Program-made: the position numbers and the translations under genes
Assembly (NCBI GenBank): GCA_963836755.1
Contig: CAWIKF010000003.1
Span: 1 to 64,000, forward strand
Reading direction: 5' to 3'
Source: an uncultured Verrucomicrobiae bacterium
Lineage (GTDB): Bacteria; Verrucomicrobiota; Verrucomicrobiia; Chthoniobacterales; Chthoniobacteraceae
DNA: 64,000 nt
In this document: positions 42,153 through 51,950 of the stretch, piece after piece
Layout of the letters: every line of letters starts with the position of its first letter
How positions within the stretch are numbered: the first letter of the stretch is position 1
The notes under the pieces: model-generated
Seen by the model: only the letters and a program-made list of their open reading frames with translations
Told to the model about the DNA's origin: nothing
The model's database searches: none

Positions 42153-42958
42153 GAAGAATGGCCAAAGATCGAGATTCCATGCCGCTCGGCGAGCGCTTCG
42201 ACTTTTTCTGGTTCCAGCAAAAGGGTTTTTCCAGCTTCGATCGCGAGCACACGGATGCGGGCGCTGTGCGCTGTCTCGAGAGTTTGGGTGCCGACGACCG
42301 GCACGTCAAAACGGAAGTCCTGCTTCGGCTTCGCCACTTTGACGACGACCGCATCTTTGCGTCCAAGCGCGCCGCCGCGCTTCATCGCTTCATTCGTTCC
42401 CTCGAAGCCTTCGACCGCGAGCACGGTTCCGTTTTTGACGACGACCGTTTGGCCAATGTCGAGGCGACTGACCTCTTTTGCGATTGTAAAACCGAAGTCG
42501 ACATCCTGTTTTTCACGCCGATTCAACCGCGGGCCCGCGATATGCCCGGCGGGAGCGAGGTCATTCTCCATGTAAGTTATCGCGGAGATCAGCTCCACGC
42601 CTGCCTTCGCGAGCTCATCCGCGATTGCGCCGAAGATGGTTTCGGCGTTGCGAGTTTTCAGTTTCCCGAGCAAAAGGAGCGCCTTCAGATCGGGACGCAA
42701 GTCGAACAAATTCCCGGGAGCGATCTGGCCGGCCATCACCGCCTGTCGCACGCCACTGTTTTTTAAAAATGAAATCATGCGGCCGAGCTGACCCACGCGC
42801 ATCCATTCCATCGTCTCCACCAGCGGCTGCAGCTTTGCATCAGTTTCGTTTTGAAATGCGGCGACGACTATCCGCTGCACGCCCGCGGCACGCGCGCCGC
42901 GGACCATTTCGCGCGGATACGAGCCGTTGCCTGCGATGATTCCGAGGGTTGTTTCCAA
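42149..42958 (-). CDS. lpxI: UDP-2,3-diacylglucosamine pyrophosphatase LpxI
   Basis: LGIIAGNG.YP, DIGQTVVV...LAVEG.EGT and K..KP.QD.RFDVP.VG; TTG start at 42958. Confidence 0.93.
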   Translation of the reverse strand: METTLGIIAGNGSYPREMVRGARAAGVQRIVVAAFQNETDAKLQPLVETMEWMRVGQLGRMISFLKNSGVRQAVMAGQIAPGNLFDLRPDLKALLLLGKLKTRNAETIFGAIADELAKAGVELISAITYMENDLAPAGHIAGPRLNRREKQDVDFGFTIAKEVSRLDIGQTVVVKNGTVLAVEGFEGTNEAMKRGGALGRKDAVVVKVAKPKQDFRFDVPVVGTQTLETAHSARIRVLAIEAGKTLLLEPEKVEALAERHGISIFGHSS

Positions 42959-43009
42959 GCGTTTTATTTTAGAAAAGGATGAGCCGATTGACAGAATTTT
43001 GCCGCGACG

Positions 43010-44455
43010 ATGAAAACAATGAAGCTCGCCATCCATTGGTTTCGCCGGGATTTGCGCCTGCATGACAACACAGCGCTGGCGGCCGCGGTCGCCACGGCTG
43101 ATGAAGTTGTCCCAGTGTTCATCGCGAGCGAATGGCGCGGAAGTCACGACTGGACAGGCGCGCCGAGGCAGGAAGCTCTTTGCGGAGCGTTGCGCGCGCT
43201 CGCGAAAAATATCACACGCGCTGGCGGCCGGCTCATCATTAGACGCGGACGCGCGGACGAAGAAATCGAAAAGTTGATCCGCGAAACGCAGGCCGCCGCC
43301 ATTTTTTTTAATCGTGATCCCGATCCTTTCGGACGAGCGATGGAGGAGAACGTGCGCTTCGTCGCAGAGCAATGCGGGTGCGCAGTGCATCCGCATAAAG
43401 ACGTCGCGATTCATGAACGTGATGAGGTGCTCACTGCCGGCGGGACGCCGTTTCGTGTTTTCACTGCTTATGCGCGGGCGTGGAGAAAAATTCCCATGTC
43501 GTCTCAAAACCCGCGCGTCGAGCGCCTGCGCACGCCTGTGCGCGTGAAAAGCCTGGCGCTGCCGGAACTCGATTGGTGGGGACTTTGCGCGGACGCAAAG
43601 ATCATCGCGGCAGGCGAAGATGCGGCGCGCCAGCGGCTCGAGAAATTTTTTCAAAGCCCCATTTTTCATTATGCGGAGAAACGCGATCTGCCCGCGGAAC
43701 AAGGCACTTCGAGGCTTTCCGGCGATTTGCGGCTTGGAACTTTGTCGCCGCGCGAGATTTTTTCGCGCGCGGAAGATTTAAAAAGAGAAGCCACGCAAGC
43801 AGCGCGCAAAAATATTTCGACGTTCCAAAATGAGCTGATCTGGCGCGAATTTTACATGCAGGTGCTCTGGCATTGGCCGGAAGTTTTGGAGACGGATTTC
43901 AAACCGAAGTTTCGTATGATTCGCTGGCGTCAAAGTCCCGAAGCGCTCGCGCGCTGGTGCTCCGCTGAAACGGGATTTCCAATTGTCGATGCCGCAATGC
44001 GACAGCTCCTGGCGACCGGTTTCATGCACAACCGTTTACGGATGATTGTGGCGATGTTTTTGACGAAGGATCTGCAGATCTACTGGAAAGCTGGCGAACG
44101 TTTTTTCATGCAGCGGCTGATCGACGGAGAAATCGCCAGCAACAATGGCGGCTGGCAATGGAGCGCCGGCACCGGGGCAGATGCGGCTCCCTATTTTCGC
44201 GTGCAAAATCCGTGGCGGCAAACGGCGCGCTTCGATCCGCGCGGAGAATTCATTAAGCGCTGGCTGCCGGAGTTGCGCGATGTGCCGCCGAAAAAGTTCA
44301 CGCATCCGCCAACCGAAGGGAAAGGCTTGGTGCGCGGCTATCCCGCGCCAATGGCCGACCACGCGCAAGAGCGCGAACGGGCGCTCGAAATGTTTCGCAT
44401 TAGTTCGCCAAAAGCTGCGGCGGATACCAGCGGTAAAGCATCAAATAAACGATGA
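43010..44455 (+). CDS. phrB: Deoxyribodipyrimidine photolyase (class I CPD photolyase)
   Basis: WFRRDLRLHDN.AL, GTSRLS, ELIWREFY, TGFPIVDAAMRQL, MHNRLRM and NNGGWQWSAGTG.DAAPYFR. Confidence 0.94.
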   Translation: MKTMKLAIHWFRRDLRLHDNTALAAAVATADEVVPVFIASEWRGSHDWTGAPRQEALCGALRALAKNITRAGGRLIIRRGRADEEIEKLIRETQAAAIFFNRDPDPFGRAMEENVRFVAEQCGCAVHPHKDVAIHERDEVLTAGGTPFRVFTAYARAWRKIPMSSQNPRVERLRTPVRVKSLALPELDWWGLCADAKIIAAGEDAARQRLEKFFQSPIFHYAEKRDLPAEQGTSRLSGDLRLGTLSPREIFSRAEDLKREATQAARKNISTFQNELIWREFYMQVLWHWPEVLETDFKPKFRMIRWRQSPEALARWCSAETGFPIVDAAMRQLLATGFMHNRLRMIVAMFLTKDLQIYWKAGERFFMQRLIDGEIASNNGGWQWSAGTGADAAPYFRVQNPWRQTARFDPRGEFIKRWLPELRDVPPKKFTHPPTEGKGLVRGYPAPMADHAQERERALEMFRISSPKAAADTSGKASNKR

Positions 44456-44843
44456 CCCCAGTGATCGAGACGTAGAGCCAAATCGGAAAAGTCCAGCGCG
44501 CGATGCGGCGATGCTTGTCGTAGCGCGCCCGCAGTGCCGGCACCACGGTGCAGATCACGAGCGGCAAAACGACGATCGCCAAAAACGTGTGCGAGATGAG
44601 AAGCGTGAAATACAGCGGCCTCACGATGCCTTGCGCGGTGAAGCGGGTGACGATGCCGTGGCGTAAAATGTGGTTTGCGACGTAGCCCACCAGAAAAAGT
44701 GTGGACGTCACCAGTGCGCAGCACATGACGGCGATGTGCGCGCGCACTCGCTGCGTCTTGATCAAACACCAACCGATGCTGATGAGCACTCCGCTGGCTC
44801 CGTTGAGGGAGGCATTGATGAGCGGAACATCTTGCGCAGTCAT
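44400..44843 (-). CDS. DUF420 (CtaM-like) oxidase assembly membrane protein
   Basis: P..NA.LN, H...M, L.SH..LA and HR.IARWT.PIWLYVS.TG. Confidence 0.88.
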   Translation of the reverse strand: MTAQDVPLINASLNGASGVLISIGWCLIKTQRVRAHIAVMCCALVTSTLFLVGYVANHILRHGIVTRFTAQGIVRPLYFTLLISHTFLAIVVLPLVICTVVPALRARYDKHRRIARWTFPIWLYVSITGVIVYLMLYRWYPPQLLAN

Positions 44844-44849
44844 TCGCCG

Positions 44850-45452
44850 CTATTCACGAACGAGGCGCGAAATATCGTGCAAAATTTCCGCGTTGTTCTC
44901 GTCGCTTTGGCCGTCGAAATATTTTCGGATGACTCCGTCTTTATCTACCAGGACGAGTTTGGTGCTGTGCACGACCGGATTTTTCGGGTCGTCCTGATCG
45001 GCGATGGCGAGCGAAAAACCGTTGCGGATGAGATCTTGAACTTTCGCCTTTTCTCCGGTGAGAAAAAGCCAACGGTCCGATGCGTGGAAAAGCTCGGCGT
45101 ATTTTTGGAGCACTTCCGGCGTGTCGTGCGCGGGATCAGTGCTGATCGAGACAAAGCGAACGTCCGGGTTTTTCAGCGCCTCTTTTTGCAAATCAGAAAG
45201 ACGATGCGAGATCATCGGACACGGCCCGGGGCACGTCGTGTAAATGAAATCGGCGAGCCAGACTTTGCCTTTCAAATCCGAGAGCGCCACGGTTTTCGCG
45301 CGTTGATCGGTGAGATGAAAATCGGGCACTGGCTTGAATTTTTCGAGCGGCGGCTGCTCGAGGGTGCGAAGCTGAAATCCAATAGCCGCGAGCGCAAATG
45401 TCGCGGTGCTGAAAAGCAAAATCCAAAGGACGGTTTTAGAGCGCGAAGACAT
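44850..45452 (-). CDS. SCO1/SenC copper chaperone
   Basis: FIYTTCPGPCP, SISTDP..DTP..L..Y and HS...LVD. Confidence 0.93.
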   Translation of the reverse strand: MSSRSKTVLWILLFSTATFALAAIGFQLRTLEQPPLEKFKPVPDFHLTDQRAKTVALSDLKGKVWLADFIYTTCPGPCPMISHRLSDLQKEALKNPDVRFVSISTDPAHDTPEVLQKYAELFHASDRWLFLTGEKAKVQDLIRNGFSLAIADQDDPKNPVVHSTKLVLVDKDGVIRKYFDGQSDENNAEILHDISRLVRE

Positions 45453-46375
45453 CAAACTTTGGTTGCGACCATCAGCCCGAGCAGCAGCGGCAGGTAAATA
45501 ATCGACGCGAAAAATAAGCGGCGGGCACTGGCGCGATTGCGGTGGAGAAGGAATTGCACCGCGCACGCGATCAGGAGCGAGTCGCAAAGAATGGCGCCGG
45601 GGAGATAAATCGCCGAGACCATTTTGAGAAAATAAGGCAGCAGCGTGACGACGGTCAGCGCGATCGATGAGAGCAAACTTTCACGCGCGGTGCACAATCC
45701 GCCGATGTCGCGACGGCGCAGCATGACGAAGCCGGCCTGCGCGTATTCGTCGCGATACATCCATGCGATCGCGAGGAAGTGCGGCATTTGCCAGAAAAAT
45801 AGCACGCCGCACAGCACCCACGCGCCCGCGTCAAGCGACGAACGCGCCGCCGCCCAGCCAATCATCGGCGGAAGTCCGCCGGAAATCGCGCCGACGGTGA
45901 CACAGAAAGCGGTCCGACGTTTTAACGGAGTATAAAACAAAAGATAGACTCCTAGCGTTGCCGCCGCGAGCGCAGCGGCGGGAAGATTGACGCGATTGAG
46001 CAGGTAGATGAAACCTGCCACCGCGAGCAATACGCCAAGCGCCAGCGCGGTGGACGGCTGCATTCGCCCCGCCGGAAGCGGGCGCTGCCGGGTGCGATCC
46101 ATCAACCGGTCGACCTTGCGCTCCATGTATTGATTTAAAATCGCGGCGCTGCCAGCAACGAGCGCCGTGCCGAAAAGCACTCGGAAAAGGAGGAACCAAT
46201 CGAGCGCGGAACTTTCGCCCATGCAAAAACCGACCGTCGTCGTCACCAAAACGAGGATGCTCAGGCGCGCCTTTGTCAGGATCAATAAATCGCCGAAGAG
46301 ACCGGGCGTAATCACGACTTCCGGCGCGACAGCAAGAGCCGGAGCGACCGGCGTTTCCTCGGACACGTGGCTCAT
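45452..46375 (-). CDS. ctaB: Heme O synthase (protoheme IX farnesyltransferase)
   Basis: NQ..E...D..M.RT..RPLP.G, YTPLKR and WQMPHF.AI. Confidence 0.94.
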   Translation of the reverse strand: MSHVSEETPVAPALAVAPEVVITPGLFGDLLILTKARLSILVLVTTTVGFCMGESSALDWFLLFRVLFGTALVAGSAAILNQYMERKVDRLMDRTRQRPLPAGRMQPSTALALGVLLAVAGFIYLLNRVNLPAAALAAATLGVYLLFYTPLKRRTAFCVTVGAISGGLPPMIGWAAARSSLDAGAWVLCGVLFFWQMPHFLAIAWMYRDEYAQAGFVMLRRRDIGGLCTARESLLSSIALTVVTLLPYFLKMVSAIYLPGAILCDSLLIACAVQFLLHRNRASARRLFFASIIYLPLLLGLMVATKV

Positions 46376-47343
46376 ACCATCGACTGCTGCACGGAGTGCG
46401 CCTCGTCGAAAACCTGCGATCTGACATCGCTAAGGTTCAGATGCGAAATACGCATCGCGAGCAGCAAGGATGTTCCCAAAATTATTGCTCCGTTGACCAC
46501 ATGAAGGGTGGTGACGACAGGCGCCTTTGCGAGCCAGATGATATGGGCGCCCAGCGCGATCTGGAAAAAAACCAGGATCATAATTCCGACGGCGGGAAGG
46601 ACGAAATCTCTGTCGTTTCGAAAATAGGTCAGAACGCAAATCATCAAAGCGAGCGCCAAAAAGAAGACGCAAAGGCCGCCGATCCGATGCGAATAATGAA
46701 TGGCTATCTGCGGACTCCACATCGGCGGAATCAGGTGCCCGAAAGCGAGGGGGAAATCACCAATCGCCAATCCAGCCCTCATGTGACGCGTCACTGCGCC
46801 CAGGATCAATTGGAGATAAACCATCGCCACCAGGATCCAGCCGAGTCTGCTCACTGCGGGCAAAGTTCTTACCGAGCATTCCCATTTTCCTGCAATCCAC
46901 CGCGGCGAAAGCGCCGTCGCAAGCACCACGAGTATGCACAGGAAAGCCTGCGCCGTGCATGCATGGACGATTGCCAGCGCGACTGAAAGCTCGGTGACTC
47001 GCAATCCCCCCAGAACGCCTTGGACAGCGACAAGAAAAAATGCGCCAACGCCGAGATTGCGCACCGATTTCCGCGTCTCCACTTTCCAAATCCAAATCGC
47101 GAGGATCGTCGTCAACAACCCGACACCGGAGGCAAAAAGCCGATGCGTATGTTCGAAAAACACGCCGCCGACCCATCGGGAAATCGGGAAGGTAAACATG
47201 TTATAGCCATAGCTCGTCGGCCAGTCGGGAACGGACAAGCCTGCGTTCGTGCTGGTGACCATGCCGCCGAGAAAGATCAACCCGAGCGTCGCCAACACGA
47301 CGAGCTTCGCATAGCGGGAGAGCCAGGGATGGATTTCGTGCAT
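46372..47343 (-). CDS. ctaA: Heme A synthase
   Basis: GG.VTS..AGLSVPDWP, EH.HR, QG.LGG, H...A and second-half HR and H motifs. Confidence 0.92.
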   Translation of the reverse strand: MHEIHPWLSRYAKLVVLATLGLIFLGGMVTSTNAGLSVPDWPTSYGYNMFTFPISRWVGGVFFEHTHRLFASGVGLLTTILAIWIWKVETRKSVRNLGVGAFFLVAVQGVLGGLRVTELSVALAIVHACTAQAFLCILVVLATALSPRWIAGKWECSVRTLPAVSRLGWILVAMVYLQLILGAVTRHMRAGLAIGDFPLAFGHLIPPMWSPQIAIHYSHRIGGLCVFFLALALMICVLTYFRNDRDFVLPAVGIMILVFFQIALGAHIIWLAKAPVVTTLHVVNGAIILGTSLLLAMRISHLNLSDVRSQVFDEAHSVQQSMV

Positions 47344-47399
47344 TGGTGAGCAGCGAACAGTCGCAGCGTTTTCCGCAAAGACAATCGACGCCAATGCGA

Positions 47400-48341
47400 T
47401 TACTTTTTGTGCGGGTCTTCCGTCGCGCTTGCCGGGGGACCGCCGGGATATGGCTGCGGCTGAAGAGTCGCGCCGGGCGGCTGCTCTTTCGGATTCGGCA
47501 CTGATGCCGCATTCATCGTGGCCTGGGACGGAGGAGTGGTGGGCGGAGGCGGGTTCGCGGGCGCGCCGCCGGATGTAGCAGACGCCGCTGGATTGGTGGC
47601 ATTGCCATTGAGCTCCTCGGCTTCCTTGATGAAATTGTCGTAATCCTCCTGTGATTCCACGATCATCGTCGCGCGCATATTGTAATGGCCGAGGCCGCAA
47701 AGCTGGCCGCAGATGATTTCGTAAGTCCCCGCGCGAACCGGTTTGAACCAGATGGGCGACATTGAGCCGGGGATCGCGTCCTGTCCGATCCGCATCGACT
47801 GGAGTGAAAGACTGTGGATGACGTCCTTGGAACTGATTTCCAAAATGATGTCGCGGTTGAAAGGAAGATGAAGCTCGTTCTTGCTCACAATGTCGTCCTT
47901 CCCAGCCGGATCGTTGGGATCGATGCCGAGATCATTGGATGATGTGACAAAGGAAGCGTCGGATCTGCCGAACTTTCCGTCAGGGCCGGGATAGCGGAAA
48001 TTCCAGATGAATTGCTGGCCAACGACGCGAATCGTCACCGCATTATTTTTCGGGAAATCGCTCACGCGTTTGCCCCACAAAGGCAGCGCGAATCCGAGCA
48101 GCAACAGCACGTCCACAAGCACGACCATGAACTCAATGTGCGTGGATGCCTTCGTTTTGACGCCGTAATAATCGGCCTTCGGATGCCGCGAGCGATGGAA
48201 CCGGATGATCGTGAAAAGGAAAAAAGTGGTCCATCCGACGAAGAGCAAAAGCATGAACCAATGCGCGAACTCGAGCATCTGGTCGATCATATAGCCATGT
48301 TCGGAAGCGTTCGGCGGCAAGCCGATGAAATGGTTCAGCAT
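47400..48341 (-). CDS. ctaC: Cytochrome c oxidase subunit II
   Basis: Two TM helices, QF.W.F.YPG, DVIHS and CGQLCGLGHYNM CuA motif; Pro/Ala-rich tail with no fused heme c. Confidence 0.94.
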   Translation of the reverse strand: MLNHFIGLPPNASEHGYMIDQMLEFAHWFMLLLFVGWTTFFLFTIIRFHRSRHPKADYYGVKTKASTHIEFMVVLVDVLLLLGFALPLWGKRVSDFPKNNAVTIRVVGQQFIWNFRYPGPDGKFGRSDASFVTSSNDLGIDPNDPAGKDDIVSKNELHLPFNRDIILEISSKDVIHSLSLQSMRIGQDAIPGSMSPIWFKPVRAGTYEIICGQLCGLGHYNMRATMIVESQEDYDNFIKEAEELNGNATNPAASATSGGAPANPPPPTTPPSQATMNAASVPNPKEQPPGATLQPQPYPGGPPASATEDPHKK

Positions 48342-48343
48342 GA

Positions 48344-48595
48344 CTATTCCTCCTGAGTATACAGAAATTGTTGATGGGGAGGATGCGGAAGGCGCGAGCG
48401 CCGAAACAGGTAAAACGCAAAGCCGCCGACGCCAGCAAGCATCGAACCGATAAAACCGAGCATCACGAAAATCGCGCCGTTAATCGCAGGGCGGACGCTC
48501 GAATCAACGCCGCTCATGCAAACCGCGCAGGCAAGAACCGACTTTGGCGCAGCGAACAGAGCGATGGAAAAAAGGAACGAAAGTAAGCGATTCAT
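48344..48595 (-). CDS. Small membrane protein with a CAVC motif after a signal-like segment
   Basis: MNRLLSFLFSIALFAAPKSVLA-CAVC...TM; coupled to its neighbours in the oxidase operon. Confidence 0.7.
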   Translation of the reverse strand: MNRLLSFLFSIALFAAPKSVLACAVCMSGVDSSVRPAINGAIFVMLGFIGSMLAGVGGFAFYLFRRSRLPHPPHQQFLYTQEE

Positions 48596-48795
48596 TACAA
48601 AATCAGGCGGCGCGCTTTTTTCCAAAACCAGATGCCGTAAACAATCAGGCAAATACAAAAGAGCAGTCCGAGCAAAGCGCCAAAAATGTGACTGCCGCCA
48701 AATGCCCGATAGTTGCCGTATTCCCACGCAGAAAATGCCAACGACACCAGCATGGAAATCGTGATGAAAACGATGTGGAAAATTTTCAGCGACAT
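48595..48795 (-). CDS. Small two-TM membrane protein
   Basis: MSLKIFHIVFI...; 66 aa, two hydrophobic helices, fills the gap in the operon. Confidence 0.7.
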   Translation of the reverse strand: MSLKIFHIVFITISMLVSLAFSAWEYGNYRAFGGSHIFGALLGLLFCICLIVYGIWFWKKARRLIL

Positions 48796-48798
48796 TTT

Positions 48799-49122
48799 TT
48801 ACCGACTAATTGGGTTGTGATAAGCGAGCAGCGTCAGCAGAAACAAACCGGTCACGAAAAAAACGGTGAGGATGAGAAACCGGTAGATCGTCCAGCGCTC
48901 GGAAAGGAGGTGCATGAAGATCGCGGCGACGAGCCCCGCCTTAAAGGTTGCGACGATCATCGCGACGATGATGTTCGCCTTGCCGGTGCCGAAATCGACG
49001 TAGGACAGGCCGACGGTCAGCGCGGTGCAGGCGAAAAGCGCGAGGCCGACGATGAGGTAGCCGGTGACGTGCTTGTTGACATGAGCTGCGTCGGTCTTAT
49101 GAATTTCTGGTGATTCGTTCAT
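48799..49122 (-). CDS. ctaF: Cytochrome c oxidase subunit IV family protein
   Basis: Y..V..AL...T.LTV and A..KA.LV...FMHL. Confidence 0.88.
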   Translation of the reverse strand: MNESPEIHKTDAAHVNKHVTGYLIVGLALFACTALTVGLSYVDFGTGKANIIVAMIVATFKAGLVAAIFMHLLSERWTIYRFLILTVFFVTGLFLLTLLAYHNPISR

Positions 49123-49128
49123 GTTTTT

Positions 49129-50004
49129 TCAAAGGAGGTAAAACAACGGGAAAACGAAGATCCAGACCAAATCGACGAAGTGCCAGAACAGGCCAGCCAC
49201 TTCGACGCGATTGGCGAGGTGTTCGGGATTTTGCCGATAAAGCGCGGTGCTTGTGGGCAGCATGTAATAAATAAAAACAAGCACGCCTGCGAGCACATGC
49301 AATCCGTGCAGGCCAGTAATCGTAAAATAAATCGCAAAATAGGAACTGTGCCGCGGCGCGAAAACGCCCGCGTATTGCACGTCGGTTTTTTCAATAGTCG
49401 CAATTTTCTCAGTGGCCGGTTTTGGCCAGAACTGCGGACGATCGCTTTCGGGATTGGTCGGCTCGGCATTCACGGGATCGAGCGCGACTTCGTATTCCTT
49501 TACGTTCGGATTGGTCAGGGCCTCTTTATTGTGCAAATGGCCGGTGATTTCCACGCGCGGCGGCAACCCTTTTTCCTGGAGATATTGATTGCCAAGATAC
49601 GGCTCATATTTTGCGAGCGCGTCTTGTCTGATGTAAGCGCCAAAGTGCTCAAACTTCGCGGGATATTCAAAGGTCAGCTTCACGAACAAAAATGCGACGC
49701 CGCACAAAATCGTGATCGCCATGAAAATTCTGTATTGCATGAACTGCCGCATTTTCAGCGACGCCCAAGCGAGCACGACCGTGACCGACGAAGCGATCAG
49801 GATGAAAGTATTCATCGTGCCGATCGGCACATTCAAAAGCCCGTGCGGCCAGTAGCCAGGCTCCGCACCGAGCCGCATGAAGACATAGCCGGAGAAAAGT
49901 CCGCCAAAAAGCATCACCTCCGACGCGAGGAAAAGCCAAAGGCCGATTTTCGCGTTGTAGAGTCCGGTGTCGGGTCTCGCGGTGACTGTGTAAGGGATGT
50001 CCAT
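49129..50004 (-). CDS. ctaE: Cytochrome c oxidase subunit III
   Basis: WLFLASEVMLFGGLF, NT.ILI.SS, TGLHGLHV and GLFWHFVDLVWIF.FPL.Y. Confidence 0.93.
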   Translation of the reverse strand: MDIPYTVTARPDTGLYNAKIGLWLFLASEVMLFGGLFSGYVFMRLGAEPGYWPHGLLNVPIGTMNTFILIASSVTVVLAWASLKMRQFMQYRIFMAITILCGVAFLFVKLTFEYPAKFEHFGAYIRQDALAKYEPYLGNQYLQEKGLPPRVEITGHLHNKEALTNPNVKEYEVALDPVNAEPTNPESDRPQFWPKPATEKIATIEKTDVQYAGVFAPRHSSYFAIYFTITGLHGLHVLAGVLVFIYYMLPTSTALYRQNPEHLANRVEVAGLFWHFVDLVWIFVFPLFYLL

Positions 50005-50018
50005 TTGTAAATCAGGCG

Positions 50019-51875
50019 TTAATGCGCGAGTGCCGGTGCCTCCGGCGCAGTGGCGCTCGTCGGCTCGGACTGCATCAGGAAGTCGCTGGCCGCGCCCGGC
50101 ACACTGTATTCATAAGGGCCGCGATGCACCGTCGGCTCGTGATCAAAGTTTCCATGCGGCGGCGGTGAAGGCGCAGTCCATTCCAGCGTCGTCGAGTCCC
50201 AAGGATTGCGGCCGACTTTTTTTCCGTGCCGGATGCTCAGGCAGAAATTGACGATGAAGGGAAGTTGAGCAAGCCCGAGCCCCCATGCGGACATCGAGAT
50301 AACTTTGTTCCAGTCAAAGCCCGACATACCCCAAACGATGACCTTTGAAATATCGTAGCTGTTGCCGCCATCATACCAGCGGCGATGCATTCCCAGCATT
50401 CCTTGCAGGAACATCGGCAGAAACACGCCGTTGATGAAAAGCAGCGATGCCCAAAAGTGCACGCGCCCGAGAAACTCGTTCATCATGCGACCAGTTGCCT
50501 TTGGAAACCAATAATAGACGCCCGCGAAAATCGCGAAGATCGTCCCCGGCGCGACGATGTAATGGAAATGCGCGATGACGTAATAGGTGTCGTGCAAATA
50601 AAGATCGAGCGCGTTGAACGCGAGCGGAATCCCGGTCAAGCCACCGATGCCGAACATCGGCAGGAACGCCGTTGCGAACATCATTGGCACAGTGAATCGG
50701 ATCGAGCCGCCCCAAAGCGACAGAATTAGCGCCGTGAGCAAAATGACCGACGGCACGGAAATCAGAATCGTGGTCGTCTGGAAAAACGCACTAACGGCGG
50801 CGCCCATGCCGGTGAGATACATGTGGTGCGCCCAAACGATGAACGACAAAAATCCGAGCACCAGAATCGCGAACACCATTGCCTTGTAGCCCCAGAGTGG
50901 CTTGCGAGTATTGTTGGCGAGCACTTCGCCGATGATGCCGATGCCGGGCAAAATCAATACGTAAACTTCGGGATGAGCGAGGAACCAAAACAGATGCTGC
51001 CAGAGCAAGGGACTGCCGCCGCCACTGATGTGAATTTGCGCGCCATTAACGATCAATCCGCTGGGCAGAAAAAAGCTCGTGCCGGCGATGCGATCCATGA
51101 ATTGAAAAATGCTCGCGGCTTCCAGCGGCGGAAACGCGAGCAACAGCAGAAACGAGGTGACCAGCTGCGCCCACACGAAGAATGGCAATCGCATCCAGGT
51201 CATCCCCGGCGCGCGCAGCTGGATGATTGTCGTTATAAAATTAACGGAGCCGAGCAGCGATGAGGTGATTAAAAACACCATGCCGAGAATCCAAAGCGTC
51301 TGTCCCGTGAACAACATGTTCGGTGCCTGATCGGTAATGTTTGCCAGCGGCGAATACGAAGTCCAACCGCTTTTCGCCGCGCCGCCCGGGCAGAAAAAGC
51401 TCAGCAGCATGATGACGCCGCCGACAAAAAACGCCCAGTAGCTCGCCATGTTGATCTTCGGAAAAGTCATGTCGGGCGCGCCAATCTGCAGCGGCACGAC
51501 AAAATTTCCAAAAGCGGCGAACGCCGTCGGCACGATTCCCAAAAACACCATGATCGTCCCGTGCATGGCGCCGAAGGAATTGTAGAGCTCGGAAGTCATC
51601 ACGCCGGGATGTCCCTGCGGATCGACGCCGACCATATTTTTACCGAAGATTTCCTGAAATAATCCGCCGATGCCCGGCAGCGCGCGGCCGGGAAAAGCGA
51701 GCTGCCAGCGCATCAACATCATCAGCGAAAAGCCAAAGAAAAGGAACACGAGCCCGGTCACGCCGTATTGAATCCCGATGACTTTGTGATCAGTGGAAAA
51801 AACGTATTTCTGCCAAAATCCCAGTTCGTGATGGGCGTGCTCGTGGTGTTCGTGCGAAGTAGAATCGTCGGCCAT
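50019..51875 (-). CDS. ctaD: Cytochrome c oxidase subunit I (A1-type heme-copper oxidase)
   Basis: TDHK.IG, MHGT.M, GWT.Y, HPEVY, VWAHHM, HDTYYVIAHFH and GM.RR; all six His ligands present. Confidence 0.97.
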   Translation of the reverse strand: MADDSTSHEHHEHAHHELGFWQKYVFSTDHKVIGIQYGVTGLVFLFFGFSLMMLMRWQLAFPGRALPGIGGLFQEIFGKNMVGVDPQGHPGVMTSELYNSFGAMHGTIMVFLGIVPTAFAAFGNFVVPLQIGAPDMTFPKINMASYWAFFVGGVIMLLSFFCPGGAAKSGWTSYSPLANITDQAPNMLFTGQTLWILGMVFLITSSLLGSVNFITTIIQLRAPGMTWMRLPFFVWAQLVTSFLLLLAFPPLEAASIFQFMDRIAGTSFFLPSGLIVNGAQIHISGGGSPLLWQHLFWFLAHPEVYVLILPGIGIIGEVLANNTRKPLWGYKAMVFAILVLGFLSFIVWAHHMYLTGMGAAVSAFFQTTTILISVPSVILLTALILSLWGGSIRFTVPMMFATAFLPMFGIGGLTGIPLAFNALDLYLHDTYYVIAHFHYIVAPGTIFAIFAGVYYWFPKATGRMMNEFLGRVHFWASLLFINGVFLPMFLQGMLGMHRRWYDGGNSYDISKVIVWGMSGFDWNKVISMSAWGLGLAQLPFIVNFCLSIRHGKKVGRNPWDSTTLEWTAPSPPPHGNFDHEPTVHRGPYEYSVPGAASDFLMQSEPTSATAPEAPALAH

Positions 51876-51950
51876 TTTAGTGTGGGCTATTCGGTAGCAT
51901 TCGCGCGGGCAGAATGCAAAGTGCGGCGTGTTTTTGCTTTGGTGAAATGT

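Noticed and set aside
42959..43702. Apparent ~250-aa N-terminal extension of LpxI in the ORF track
   Set aside because: It is antisense to the photolyase; LpxI homology starts at the TTG at 42958.
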